This document shows, piece after piece, positions 41,345 through 52,211 of a DNA stretch of 64,000 nucleotides. Both the position numbers and the translations under genes were made by a program. How positions within the stretch are numbered: the stretch's first letter is position 1; each line of letters opens with the position of its first letter. This DNA is from Amphiscolops sp. MND2022 (taxonomy: Eukaryota). A model generated the notes under the pieces. The model was not told the origin of the DNA and made no database searches. It saw only the letters and a program-made list of their open reading frames with translations. The DNA is taken from contig OZ076409.1 in the NCBI GenBank assembly GCA_964187785.1, positions 1,736,001-1,800,000 of the forward strand, read 5' to 3'.

Positions 41345-41657
41345 GTTCACCTACTTTTTTGGCATCAAAATTTCGCTCTTCAAAATTAATATTTGTAAAC
41401 AAGGCTCTGAAAGTTGTCCAGTCAATTGTTCAAAGCGGAGCTCCTATAACGTAATCAAATCTTCAACAAAAGATGTCTTGAACACTCAGTGAAATTCTAG
41501 CATCTTTACCACTCACTTTCTTTGCACTTCTGAAGTGTGAAAGGTCTTTGACATTCGAATGTGTGAAAGCAATGTTGTCGATTCGAATGATTGACAAGCT
41601 GAATTTCAACGTTGAAAATTGTTTTTCGAAACACTTTGTTTAGGAATATAACAATTT

Positions 41658-42000
41658 CCAAAAAACGGAACGTACAAACATTTTCGAGCTCTCAAAGTTT
41701 CAAATATTTGTCAACAGACGTTGGAAAACAACTGTGAACAAACGCTGCTGTCAATCATTCAAGTTAGCTTCTTTTTTCAGAAGCATAAAAAACTTTCACG
41801 TTAGAAGTTAGAAAAATAGACTGATCTAGACGTCTAGACTGTTTTTAAAAGTTCGAACTGAGTTTGGTTGCAGATGTGATTACGTAATATGATCTTCGAT
41901 CGAACAGAAAAATTGAACGATTCTCGATGCCTTGTTTACAAATAATACGATTTTAAAGACGCGAAAATTTGTTCGTTCCGTTTTTTTTTGGTTCACCTAG
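41658..42000. mobile_element. Second, shorter copy of the TA-MITE family
   Basis: ccaaaaaacggaacg...cgttccgtttttttttggttcacctag|ta; similar to 24639-25517. Confidence 0.75.
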
Positions 42001-42018
42001 TAGTGAATGATTACATCA

Positions 42019-45000
42019 TCACTCTCGCTCGAGGAGTTGTACAGAATACACGACAGTCTTGCTTTTGACTTTGCTAGTGAGGTTGCTAAAGAGCAGCATG
42101 TAGATGCCCGGTTCCAGACAGTCGTGCGAGCCAGACTCCGGCCACAGTTCACACTCCACCTTCGGGGGTTGCCAATCAAGCCACAGGTATATGAGAATGT
42201 AGGTATGAATTATAACAAGACGCCCGCTAAGCACCGGGATATTTTCCGCTAAAAATGTAACGCATTAGCGTGGGTTCGAACCCACGACCTCGTGTCTGCG
42301 GAGCAGACGCTCTACCAACTGCGCCATGGTGACTAGATGTTTAGCATTCACTATTTGGAGTAAAAATGTGGAGATTTGGCAGATTTTAGAAAAAAAACGT
42401 AACACAGATTATGGCATTATATGTGGGCGTAAACGAATAAAAGCGTAACTTATACATACGAAATTGCTACTTTTATAGTACCAAAATTTCGAAAATTGAA
42501 AATTAAAATTTTTGAAAAAAGTTCTGTGACCAAAATATCACAATTGCAAAAGCTGGGAATTAAAAACTTCGACCATTTCAAGCAAATATGAATTTTTTGT
42601 GAAATTTCAAAATGTTGAAAGAATTATGTTTTATGATAAGTACAGGAAATTACTTGCCCCAAAGTCTTTCGAGGATGCTGGTATGTTTTCATAAAAAACT
42701 TTTCCTTAGTTTCAATTTTAAATAATCAAATTTTCTGATGTACTTTTCATAGCCCATCTCAATACATGCAATGCAGTGCTCATGGGCACAAAAGTCGTGT
42801 ACTTTTCATAATTCCGAATAATTTTTAAATTATGATGACGATTCAAACGAACAATTCAGCAGATTAAAAGGAATCGCAAAATGAAAAACAAATCCCAAAA
42901 TTTTGTTCGTAACGCTATAAATTTCAAGAATAAAAATCGAATTTATATTACAAATTCCAACTTTTGCAACTGCGTTGTAGATTTTTGTCAACCAAACCTT
43001 TTTGTAAACTAAGAAGAATTCTTAAAAAAACCTTCAAAACTTTAGTAGCTAACAATTGTTTCGTACCTATGACCATTTTAGGATTCATCGATGAAGTTTG
43101 GGATTTAAACTTTGCTATTTCAAGCGATGAAGGAAGTCTATTTCAAGCGATTGTAATAACTAAAACAAAGTCAACTTTTTCGAGTGGGCAATTCGTTTTT
43201 GTAGCATTGTTGAATACTCCGGAAAAAAGCAGACTCGAATATATTAGTCAGGGAATGTTAGTTGGTTCCAACTAAAAGCGCCGCTGTGACTTATAATTGA
43301 AAAAAAAAGAAATTGAAAATTGAAACAAGACGAGAACGTCGAAAGTCGGCGCCATATCTAAGGCTCAAAAAGCGCAAAACATTTTTTTGGAAAAAAATTG
43401 AAATTTTTGATTTTTTTTCTTTCAAAGAAAGGCGCATAGTGCCGAAAAGTATAAAAGGGGGACCCTTCTGGATTTATGGACATACATTCTGTTGCAAAAT
43501 ATCAAAAAACTCGAAGGGGGGACCCTTTGGGGACAAAAAAAATTTCGAAAAAAAATCGCACAGTGCCGAAAAAACTCAAAGGGCTGTTTTGTATCTTACG
43601 ATAAAAATGGAGTTACTGAAAGGGGGACCCTTTGCACTATCCTAAATGCGGTCCCCGTTTGCCGGTCCAGTAGTTTAGTCCTGTAATTAGTAGTTGAACG
43701 TTTTTTAATAAAAGCGCCGACTAAAAACATTTGAAGGCCACCCCGACTTTGTAGGGTGAGATGAGTTTTGTGGGTGCAGCGTCCTTGTTTGTCTTGTGGA
43801 ACAAACTGAAAGTGATGCGATTCTTCACTGTGTAGAATTCCCAGGCTAGGTAATACTTGGATGCCTCGTCCACTTCTATTTCTACACTGCTCTCAGACCC
43901 GGCCTACAACAAAGAGAACTCCTCAAACCATCAACAAGCCGAGAACAGCTCAATGTCGATGCAAAAAAGTGGACCTAGTGGGCTCGAACCCCGTCCTCCT
44001 GCTTCGGAAGCCAACGCTCTAACCATTGGGCCATCTGCAGTTCAAAGCTATATAAAATTCATATCGGCCGCCATATCCGTATATCAGCATTCTCAAAAAA
44101 AGTAGTGTCTAAAAGCTCCGACTAAAAACAGGAGGTTCAATTTCTTCGATTACGAAGGGTTTTCATGTGCACCTAACGGGGATTGATTACCGGGAGCCTT
44201 TTCGGAAATTATCAAGCTGTAGTTTCATTTTCGTAACCCAGTGGTGTAGCAATCATTGCCTCCAAGCTGCTGTCTTAAAGCGAGTTCGTCCCATTTTAAA
44301 AAGGTGACAATTCGTCCCAAATATTAAAAACTGCAAATAGTCCCCATTTTAATTGCCAATTAATACCTTTGTAAAAAAGGATCCGGAAATATTACATTTA
44401 ATTAGTAATTACACTCAAGACGCTTTGCTCAAGGTCACAAAGGTCTGACTGCTCACCGTTGCTCTTTTTGTTTTGCTTTTCACCGCCAAATGCGTTATTT
44501 TTTGTCATTGACCATACCACTAAGCTAGGGATGAAGGACTTGCTTAAGGACCAACAATGGTGAGTTCAGAGAGATTCGAACCTGATACCGCCCTAGTACA
44601 GACCGAATGCTCTAACCACTACGCCATGTTCCCCATAGAAAACGTGGGTTGAAATGAAAGTAGGGTGAAATGAATGTGGGGTAAAATGATATGGGGTGAA
44701 TTATGAAATATTATGAGGCTGTTAAATATCTGATCATTTGAACAATTTGGGACGAATTGTGGCTTTTTGGAATTTGGGACGAATTGTCGCCGAACCTTTA
44801 AGTTGTCATCTGTTTTACGCACGGCCACAACTTTTTGAAGCATTTTTTAAGTTGAGAAAAAACGTGAACTAACTTTGACGTCTTTGCGAGGCCAGTCTTT
44901 GGTAGTTTCCAGCAATCTGTCGAACTGGTAGAATTTTTCTGGAATTTTGCCACCGTCGCACAGTCCGTCTTCCTTCAGTGATCCTCCATATCTGGGAAAA

Positions 45001-48000
45001 TCACCCGAATTTAGAGAGGATAATTAATTCAAGAGAGAGGAATTACAGTCGAACTCGGATAAAAGAAACTCGGATAAAAGAAAAATTTGGATTTCCAAAG
45101 AAACCTTTGCACTCCTCCGCTTTTACACAAGACAAAATTTCTACGTTGATAAGACAACTGATAAAAGAAACTATGGATAAAATAAACTCATTTCTTACCG
45201 CCCCATGAGTTTCTTTTATCCGATTTTGACTGTATTTGCAATCAAGTAATAATCAAATGTCTCCTTCACTTTTAAAATAAGTCTTTACTGGAACATTTTA
45301 TGAATGAGGTGATGAACTCGTGTACTGTCAGTTAGTCAGTCATAAGCGGCCAAAGTTAGAAGCGCTCGAATACAATGCGCCTAGCTAAATATTCAGCTGA
45401 TTTCATCGCCCGTATTTTAACTTCAATTGAAAGTGTTCAAACAAATTAATAGTTCACTGGTAATGCCAAGTTGAGCATTTTCATGCCTTATAAAATTTTA
45501 CTGACATCGAATTAAATGGTTATTTTTGGCTTTTCGAGTACCAAAATATTAATTTCTTGAAGAAGCTATCAACCAAAAGACTTTTTTAAATATGAAAAAC
45601 TCATCAATATTCACTCGGAGTGAGAAACCTAATGTCTGGGGCGCTTTTGACTGTGAATTTAGGCGCTTTTGACTGTGAATTTAGGCGCTTTTGCCTTGTA
45701 ACCGGTTAACTAGACGTCAAAATCCCTTAAGATTCATATTCACTTTTGAGGGATCAGGGATGATCTTCAAGGGCAGAGTTCCGTTGGGCAGAGGTTTGAC
45801 ACTGCTAATTAGCCATTTAGCGAAGAACCGTGTTTCCCCGATAATAAGCCCTGACCTGAAAATAAGCCACCTCTCAGAAATTTTCGCAACCACTGAAGAA
45901 AGGCCACCCTATAAATGAACTAACGAGTCAAACTGCTTGATTGGTTTCATCTGGAGAATAGATTAGCGTGCATGCGCGTGTGAACAATCAATTCGCATTT
46001 TGTCAAAAGAGATATGAGTCATTATCTCTACACGATATTGTCAACTCAGTTGATTTCATTCAATTTATTTACACGCATTTACGTTTGACAAGGTGAGAGC
46101 CAATCGCAATTCTTATACGAACGAATTCGAAAAATAAACAGTTGAAGAAGCGAAGAGGAAAAATTTGGCACAGTTTTACCGACAAAACAAATTGGAGCTC
46201 AAAATGGTGCGAATATGGATTCAAAAGTATGAACAAATTGCTTATCGGTGTGAATCAGGGGACGCCAAAAAGCGAAGTACAGGCAGCGGGCGCCGAACTG
46301 TCAATGTTGATTTGGAAAGCGCAGTTTATGAATGGATTATTGACAGAAGGAGTAATTGCATGCACTCCACCGAGTTAATATTCAAAGAATGACGTTGGAA
46401 ATCAATAAAGAAAACGATGGTTCTCAATCTTTCAAAGCTTCCAATCATTGGTTAGACAACTTTATGAGTCGTTATAACCTTTCATTGCGCCGTTCTACTT
46501 TGCTTTTCAAATTGGAGAAACATCAAATCATAGATCGTGCCATCGCATTCAAAAAATTTATTGACAAATTGACTTCGCCGAATATGACAAGCATTGTATG
46601 ATAGCAATGGACGAAACTGCCGTTTTCCTAGAGAATACCGATACTACCACTGTCGACTCTGTGGGCTCATCATAAGTTTACTTGAAATCAACTGGCTATG
46701 AGAGCGCAAGAGTCACTTGGATTCTCGCCATCCGATTGGATGGTTCGAATGCTCGTCCCTTCCTTGTTACCAGAGGTAAAACTGAGTCAACTACCCTGAA
46801 GGATGGCGTTTATATTAAAGAATCTGGCAAAACCTGGATTACTCAAGACGTTGTCAAATCATGGGTAGATGTTATGATGCCACTCTCTAGTCGTGGCCCA
46901 AAAAGAGCTTTATTGTTATGGGATGTAAGTGCAACTTTCGAGGAGACTTATTTCGTAAAAACACTGAGTATGGACACGAAATTATGAAAGGAATAAATGA
47001 AGAAGACAGTTATTTTGAAAATGAAAATGGTACTGATATGATTGATGTGCTTGAGGATGATGAAATTGTAGTTGATGATGATTAATTCAAATCTTGTACA
47101 CTCTTTTTTCACCAAAATAAGCCCTACCCCGATAATAAGCCCAGTTTTTAATGCTCACTCGGAAAATAAGCCATGGTTTATAATCGGGGAAACACGGTAG
47201 TGGCCGGCAGAATTTTTTAGCGACTCAAATTAGCAGCAACCAATGAGCTGTTTAAAATCAAAGTTTTCTCCGAGTATACACGGAACTTCAAACTGAATTT
47301 TGAAAATTTTCAACTCTTACTCACACACTTACTCACTGTAAATCTCACACAGTATGAAAGTTCTAGTCTTTTTTCATGCAAAAACGGAATTGAGTCATTT
47401 TGAAACATGCTTGAATTTAAACATTTAATAGTTTGCAGAAAATGCTTTTCAGCGAAATAGCGATTTTAAAATTAGCGGTTTAGCGATTTGCGGAAAATTT
47501 AGCAAAGTCAAAACCATGCTATTGGGAAGGCCTATACTTCAATAGGGTGTCTAGTGGTCCATTGCTCAAAAGATACACAAACTGTCGAAAAGTTTACCAA
47601 GTGTTCGAAGCTATGGTACCCTTGCCAAGAACCATGGCAAGTTCTTTGCTAGTCTTGCCAAGATCTTGCCATGATCTTGTCATGATCTTGACAAGCCTTC
47701 CATGTATCATGATTGCCCATGATGTTGACAAGGGTACCATTCATGATTTAGCAAGATTAGCCATGATCATGGCAAGCGTTACATGGCTTCGAACACTGTA
47801 AGATCATACTTACAAATGATGATCTTTATTTTATGTACCTGACGGGAAGCTGATCTTTCTCGATGTAATTCAGAAGATCTTCTTTGTGATCCAAGATTAC
47901 GAATTTGCTGAACGTGGTCGGATCCATGGTAAGTTTCACCATCTTCAGAAGCAGTCGGAACAATTTGGAGCAGTTGACTATGTATGAACAGTACAATCTT

Positions 48001-50913
48001 ACAATTTAAAGGGATGTCGCAATTTTTGTTCAACAGAAACTCACTCAAAATTGATAGTTTTTACTTGAATTGTTAATAATGATTGGGCGGTTTCTTCCCT
48101 AAAAACGGAAATGATTCAAAGTGCAATAAAAAACAAGACGAGAACGTCTAAAGTCGGCGCCATATCTAAGGCTCAAAAAGCGCAAAACATTTTTTTTGCA
48201 AAAAAACTTGTAATTTTTGAAAAAAAATTTCTTTCAAAATAAGTCGCAAAGTGCCAAAAAATTTAGAAGGGGGGACCCTTTGGGATTGATTAGCATACAT
48301 TCAGTTGCAAAATATGAGAAAACTCGAAGGGAGGACCCTTTTGAGACATTAAAAATTTTTTCGAAAAAAATAGTCTCACAGAGCCGAAAATACTCTGAGG
48401 AGGGCGTACCCTTTGGTCCCTTTGAGTTTCTAAGATGATGTAAAATTACTACTTCGCAAGTATTTTAAATTTGTCAAAGTCAGAATTGTAAGATTTTAAG
48501 ATTTGTAAGAATTGTAAGAAAAGTGGACCGATCAGTGTGAGGATTGTAGTCTGAAGAAAAAAGAGAAAAAAAGGTCACTGCTATAGTCGGGCATTTTTCC
48601 TTAAAAGGAAAACGCGCCGACTAAAAAACACGTCAATTTCTATTCACATGTTATCACATAACGAGACGAGAACGTCCAAAGTCGATGCTATATCTAAGGC
48701 TCAAAAAGCGCAAAGTTTTTAAAATATGCCCAGCACGTATTTATGAAAAGTACAGAAAACAGTTTCGACACACCCAAAGGGTGCCTTTTACGCTCGATAA
48801 GATTCGGAAACCACTTTTCCCAACTGAGATTAAAAAACAAGCCGGGACTGGCCCAAGTCGGCGCCATATCCAAGGCTCAAAAATAGCAAAAAGACTTCCA
48901 AGTGTCAAGTATTCTCTTTTACAGTACTCGAAAATCGAAATTTTTTTTAAAAAAAAATTTTCGAAAAATTACATACTCAAAAAAATGGACCGAGTGGCGC
49001 GCCAGGAAGTGAGACGCGACTATTATAGTGACTCTTTTTTTCTATCCACACGAACTGGCCAAAATAGTTCTACAAGAGTTCTACAAAATATTATTGCACC
49101 AAATTGCACTATTTGGTCTAGCGAACTGAACCAAAAAGGTTTTTCCTGTTTTTCCGCGTAACATACCATACCGGGCGAGACCAAAGGCTCCCCCCTTTCA
49201 TTTTTTTCGGCACTGCGAGACTTTTTTTTCCAAAAAAATTTTCTCCGAAGGGTCCCCCTGCATTTTTTTGATGTTTTGCGTCAGAATGGATGTTGAAAAA
49301 CCTCGAAGGGTCCTCCCCCTTTCACTTTTTCGGCATTGTGAGACTTTAGCGCGCCACTCGGTCCATTTTTTTGAGTATGTAATTTTTTCGAATTTTTTTT
49401 TCAAAAATTTTCGATTTTCGAGCACTGTAAAAGAATACTTGACACTTGGAAGTCTTTTTGCTGTTTTTGAGCCTTGGATATGGCGCCGACTTGGGCCGGT
49501 CCCGGCTTGTTCAACATCCATTGTTGCAAAACATCGAAAAAGTTGAAGAGAAAATACCGGGACCCTTTGGGGAAAATTATTTTCGAAAAAAAGTCTCACG
49601 AAGCCGAAAAAACTGAAAGGGTCCCTTTAGTCTGTATGCTACGTTGAAAAAATTTTAAAAATTTTTGGTTCAGTTCCCTAGGCCAAATGGTTCAATTTGA
49701 CACCACAAACTTTCGTAGAACTTTGTAGAACTATTTTGGTCAGTTTGTTTAGATTGAAAAAAAAAGAGTCACTAGTATAGTCGCGTTTCACTTCATGAAG
49801 CACCGACTAAAAAGTGATGTCCGTAACACGAATCCTGGTACACAAATTAATTCTCGAGGTTTTCGTTGCCTGTTACGTTTAAAAAAACAAAAGCAAAATT
49901 TGTGGAAACTCTTTTGAAAATAGATACAAGTCAGAGATTTGGAACATTCAACGAAACATAAGAATACCGCCTAGGAACCAATGCAAAAAAAAATAATTAC
50001 AATACACCGTCGTTTGAGTACAGAGAAAGCACCGTGTATAGTACACTAGTTTAGTTCCTAACCAGTTCAATTCTTTCCCCCTAATTTGTCTAGTTTCAAA
50101 AAAATCCTTAGGAAATGAAGGTTACTTTTTCAAACAGTCCAACTAGTTTGGGTCGAAGTATTGAAAAAACAGGAACAAGCCGGGATCGGCATAAGTCGGC
50201 GCCATATCTAAGGCTCAAAATTAGGAAAAGGACATGAAAGTGTCAAAACTCAAAGTATCAAACTCACGAAAAACCCGAACGACGGAACTGGCGCGCAAGG
50301 GGGACCCTTTTGCATTTTTAACATCCATAGTTGCAAAACATCAAAAATTGAAGGGGGACCCTTTGGTGAAATTTTTGTTTCGGAAAAATGTCTCACAATG
50401 CCGGAAAAAACTGACAGGGGGTCATGTTACGCGAAAAAAAGGGGAAAACCTTTTTGGTTCAGTTCGCTAGACCAAATGATTCAATTTGGGACCATAAAAT
50501 TTTGTAGAACTTTTGAGAACTATTTTGGTCAGTTCGTGTGGATTGAAAAAAAAAGAAAAAAAGAGTCACTATAATAGTCGCGTTTCACTTCATGAAACGC
50601 CGACTAAAAATAAAAAATAAGGTCATTAATAGGTCATGACCTTTATTCTATTTGACCCGGGTCATGTCATTTATTGCACATCCCTGTCGGGGTAATTATC
50701 CTCGAAGATCTTGGCGATGATTTTTTGTCTCTGCATGACGCTTTTGGTCATCTGCCGAATGCTGAATCCCTCGGCATCAATCACAATCGTCCATTTATCC
50801 AGGGTCTTCTCGGGATTTGCAGCGTCGTTGTCTCGCAGTTTCTGCAAAAGAGTCTCGGCCTTGTAAAGCGCGTGCTCCAAAAATTCTTCGTCCGTTACGG
50901 ACATCAGAAGACC
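42019..50913 (-). CDS. SEC14-like lipid-binding protein (CRAL-TRIO + GOLD), 5 exons: 50913-50684, 47997-47839, 44991-44874, 43903-43748, 42159-42019
   Basis: Exons join in phase: GLLMSVT..WTIVIDAEGFS..FEDNYPDR|LYCSYIVNCS..DQLPVR|YGG..GGKIPEKFY..|AGSE..LAWEFYT..ITFSLF..|..PESGS..PGIYMLLFSN..SKTVVYSV*; 5' exons unresolved. Confidence 0.9.
42215..42440 (-). mobile_element. Helentron-like family B copy with tRNA-like A/B boxes
   Basis: Minus strand TGGCGCAGTTGG ... GGTTCGAACCC followed by TTTTT; same ends as 16832-17079. Confidence 0.7.
43325..43727 (-). mobile_element. Helentron-like family A copy
   Basis: acaagacgagaacgtc..aagtcggcgccatatctaagg...gcgccgactaaaaa. Confidence 0.75.
43934..44128 (-). 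mobile_element. Short Helentron-like family A derivative carrying a tRNA-like cassette
   Basis: Family A ends; minus strand TGGCCCAATGG..GGTTCGAGCCC..TTTTTT at ~43963-44038. Confidence 0.65.
44395..44632 (-). mobile_element. tRNA-derived SINE with CORE-like domain, inside a gacaattcgtccc-type MITE (~44283-44796)
   Basis: A box TGGCGTAGTGG, B box GGTTCGAATC, then GGTCCTTAAGCAAGTC (cf. CORE/MIR CCTTGGGCAAGT), AT-rich tail. Confidence 0.6.
45046..45232. mobile_element. Tc1/mariner-pogo-type MITE
   Basis: ta|CAGTCGAACTCGGATAAAAGAAA ... TTTCTTTTATCCGATTTTGACTG|ta. Confidence 0.85.
45789..47518. mobile_element. hAT-type MITE interrupted by a pogo element
   Basis: Ends cagaggtttgac / gtcaaaaccatg; degenerate 8-bp TSD ccgttggg/ctattggg; homologous to 59552-59914. 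Confidence 0.6.
45828..47197 (+). mobile_element. pogo-family DNA transposon with internally deleted transposase pseudogene
   Basis: TIRs CCGTGTTTCCCCGA / TCGGGGAAACACGG|ta; CENP-B HTH FKASNHWLDNFMSRYNLSLRRST, DDE motif AMDETAVF, KSTGYE, ALLLWD. Confidence 0.9.
47599..47798. mobile_element. MITE with internal gccatgatc repeats
   Basis: TIR agtgttcgaagctatg / catggcttcgaacact, followed by g|ta. Confidence 0.7.
48133..50610. mobile_element. Cluster of Helentron-like family A copies (48133-48628, 48661-, 48837-49813 with a nested inverted copy ~49005-49511, 50175-50610)
   Basis: Repeated gtcggcgccatatc(t/c)aaggctc and cgccgactaaaaa ends in both orientations. Confidence 0.8.
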
Positions 50914-51700
50914 CTGGAAAAAATGGGGAAAGTTTCATAAACTTGAGAAAAATGAGAAATTTTGTGGTGAAAACTTCCATTTTGTGTCAATTTCCGCTAC
51001 TAGCATAGTATGCAGTCAAAATAATTCTTTCAATTCAGTTTAGAATTCTGAAGAACTGAAATTTCTATCAAATCGTCAGAAACTGTTTTTAAAAATCAGT
51101 TAGTCATAATGTAGTCTGGTTGGGCGACAATTTGTCTCAAGCAACGATTCGTCACAAGCGACAATTCGTCCCAAATTCCAAAAGCGACAATTCGTCCCAA
51201 GCGGCAGTTCGTCCCATTTTGAAAAGGCGACAACTGTAGAAAGCGATTCGTCCAAAATGGTTTAATTCATCAGCTGATTAACAACCTTTTAGAGATTGAA
51301 ATCAAAAACATGGACAAATAAACTACAAATGATCATTTTTTGAATTAATTTGCATTACATTTGCCTCATATTTCACCTGCCTCATATTTCAACTCACACA
51401 TTTCACAACCAATAGGAAATACTGCCCTCTAGAAACTTTTGCTTGGTATAACGATTGCGCCAACTCGTGTGAACCCAAAAAAATTCGGTGAAGAGCAACT
51501 AGATTGAAATTTCACTCCTTAGAGAGCTCTTTGATTTCACCAGTAACGCCGATCCATTTATAATCCAAGTTAGGTTACAATCTGACGTCACCTAAGGGAA
51601 TTTGAAAGACACTTCCCGATGAACTTATGTCCAATCGGACAATTTTGCAGATTGGAACATGGCACAACGATGTAAAAAAAATATTATATGTGACATTTAA

Positions 51701-52211
51701 ACAAGCAGGGAACGGCCCAAGTCGGCGCCATATCTAAGGCTCAAAAAATAGTCAAAGGACTTGAAAATGTCAAGTATTTTCTTCTACAGTACCCTCATGA
51801 GGAAAAAATTGAAAAAAAAATCCGAAAATTTTTTTGGGCTCCGGTAAGTCGCATAGTGCCGAAAAATGTAAAAGGGGGCCCTTTGAGAGTTTTTAAACAT
51901 CCATTCATTTGCAAAATAGAAAAAAAATGAAGGGGACCCTTTAAAAAAATTGCCAAAAAAGTCTCACAAAGCCGAAAAAACCTGCACAAAAAATTTTTGG
52001 TCATGGGCGGGACTCGAACTCGTCCTTCTGCTTGGCAGACCTCAAAAAATCCTTCAAAAAATAGAAGCACAAGAAACTACATTAGTGTGGCAGTTAGTGC
52101 AAGCCAGCTTATAAAGCTTATAAAATCTTCCACTTTGTTGGTCTTAAAAAAGAAAAAAAGAAAATCCACTACTATAGCCTGCGTTTTTCTACGAAAAAAG
52201 CCGACTAAAAA
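51701..52211 (-). mobile_element. Helentron-like family A copy with partial B-box
   Basis: Family ends; gggactcgaac at ~52010; related degraded inverted copy at ~23240-23790. Confidence 0.75.

Noticed and set aside
24639..42000. A single 17.4-kb TA-flanked DNA transposon bounded by matching TIRs
   Set aside because: The left MITE has its own right TIR (split at 25517/41345) and the right MITE has its own partial left TIR at ~41658; two MITE copies plus a nested LTR element explain the pattern
42270..44632. Functional tRNA genes
   Set aside because: A/B boxes are present, but the acceptor and anticodon stems do not pair convincingly and the sequences sit within dispersed repeats
47779..48048. 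Listed 89-aa ORF as a protein
   Set aside because: The real coding frame here is a different one (SEC14 exon 47997-47839)
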